This document shows positions 46,472 through 47,018 of a stretch of 47,018 nucleotides of DNA, piece after piece. The notes beneath the pieces are model-generated. The model was not told the DNA's origin and ran no database searches. It worked only from the letters and a program-made list of their open reading frames with translations. Within the stretch, counting starts at the first letter, position 1; every line of letters starts with the position of its first letter. Source of the stretch: Eremomyces bilateralis CBS 781.70. Taxonomy: Eukaryota. Where the stretch lies: the NCBI GenBank assembly GCA_010015585.1, contig ML975162.1; one strand, 5' to 3'. Position numbers and translations under genes: made by a program.

Positions 46472-46533
46472 GCCTGTTTCAGGTGTGTACTGTGTACCTG
46501 TTTTGGGCACTATCTACCACCCGTTTTGGGCAC
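46472..46533 (+). repeat. Spaced direct repeats ACC(T/C)GTTTTGGGCAC; possible terminus of a second mobile element
   Basis: 15-mers at 46496-46510 and 46519-46533 (one mismatch), with a degenerate copy at 46472-46486 (period 23-24). Confidence 0.55.
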
Positions 46534-46716
46534 CCTCTGCCGCCTATTCAGCCCCCGACCACTTCTACCCTGGCACGACGAACGACTTGCGATTTACTTT
46601 TCTATTTCCTTAAATAAACTAGTCAGAGCGTAGGATTCCTACGTCGCGTCATTAGTGTAATTATGTTGAAAACGAAAAAGGGGTGAGATCCAAAGGGTTA
46701 GTTACTTAACTAACTA

Positions 46717-47018
46717 ACGTAATCCACCAGCGAGTCGCCCAAACCACCGAGTCGCCCACTTCATCTCCGTAACAGCGATCATCACGATTTTTTCGCAATG
46801 TCTCAACAACAGAGCCCTCAATTACCTTCAAATGAAGCTAGAATGAACCTAGCCATCCAGACTATCGAACAAGACCAAGTTCAATCAATTCGAGAAGCTG
46901 CAAAAGCTTACAACGTCCCGTGGAGTACCTTACGTGACCGCCGCAACGGAATGACTGCACGAAGCGATTGTGTCCCGAATTCGAAAAAGCTCTCAAATAT
47001 GGAAGAAAGGGTGATTAT
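46717..47018 (+). mobile_element. pogo/Fot1-family (Tc1/mariner superfamily) DNA transposon, left end
   Basis: TA target dinucleotide at 46715-46716, then ACGTAATCCACCAGCGAGTCGCCCAAACCACCGAGTCGCCCAC. This is an ACGTAATC-type TIR with an internal direct repeat at 46727-46741 and 46744-46758, and a transposase ORF follows. The right TIR is outside the window. Confidence 0.85.
46798..47018 (+). CDS. pogo/Fot1 transposase, N-terminal HTH (partial)
   Basis: MSQQQSPQLPSNEARMNLAIQTIEQDQVQSIREAAKAYNVPWSTLRDRRNGMTARSDCVPNSKKLSNMEERVI. The psq-type HTH (SIRxAAxxYNVPxSTLxxRxxG) followed by KLSxxEExxI is typical of Fot1-like transposases. Confidence 0.88.
   Translation, partial: MSQQQSPQLPSNEARMNLAIQTIEQDQVQSIREAAKAYNVPWSTLRDRRNGMTARSDCVPNSKKLSNMEERVI

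Noticed and set aside
1..47018. CRISPR arrays, rRNA, telomeric repeats or a secondary-metabolite cluster
   Set aside because: None seen: no regularly spaced repeat-spacer array and no PKS, NRPS or terpene synthase; the GNAT, SDR and Dabb genes are scattered among housekeeping genes.

Overview
Gene-dense nuclear DNA from a filamentous ascomycete (Pezizomycotina; Eurotiomycetes-like by inference), with short GT-AG introns and CTRAC/CTAAC branch sites. I reconstructed about 20 spliced genes by hand. In order: apsA/NUM1 (partial), an unknown membrane protein, a pRiA4b-ORF3-like protein, CENP-S/MHF1 (missed by the ORF track), a conserved type II membrane protein, TSR1, a 4-TM protein with a Q/P/Y-rich tail, a DUF726 hydrolase, SIF2/TBL1, a CAF1/PARN-like exonuclease, a GNAT, AYR1, a HET-domain pseudogene, an uncharacterised 5-exon gene, RAD1/XPF, TFC4, GGA, a ubiquitin-like-GG/AN1 zinc-finger fusion and a Dabb protein. 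The right edge holds the left end of a pogo/Fot1-type DNA transposon, next to a second repeat structure that resembles an element terminus. I see no tRNA, rRNA or CRISPR, and no convincing new multi-gene system. The most notable observations are recurrent C-rich to G-rich skew switches near gene 3' ends, the doubly disabled HET gene, the lysine-poor UBL-GG-AN1 fusion, a required GAG 3' splice site in RAD1, and the transposon-end structures. Family calls come from motif recognition, not database searches.
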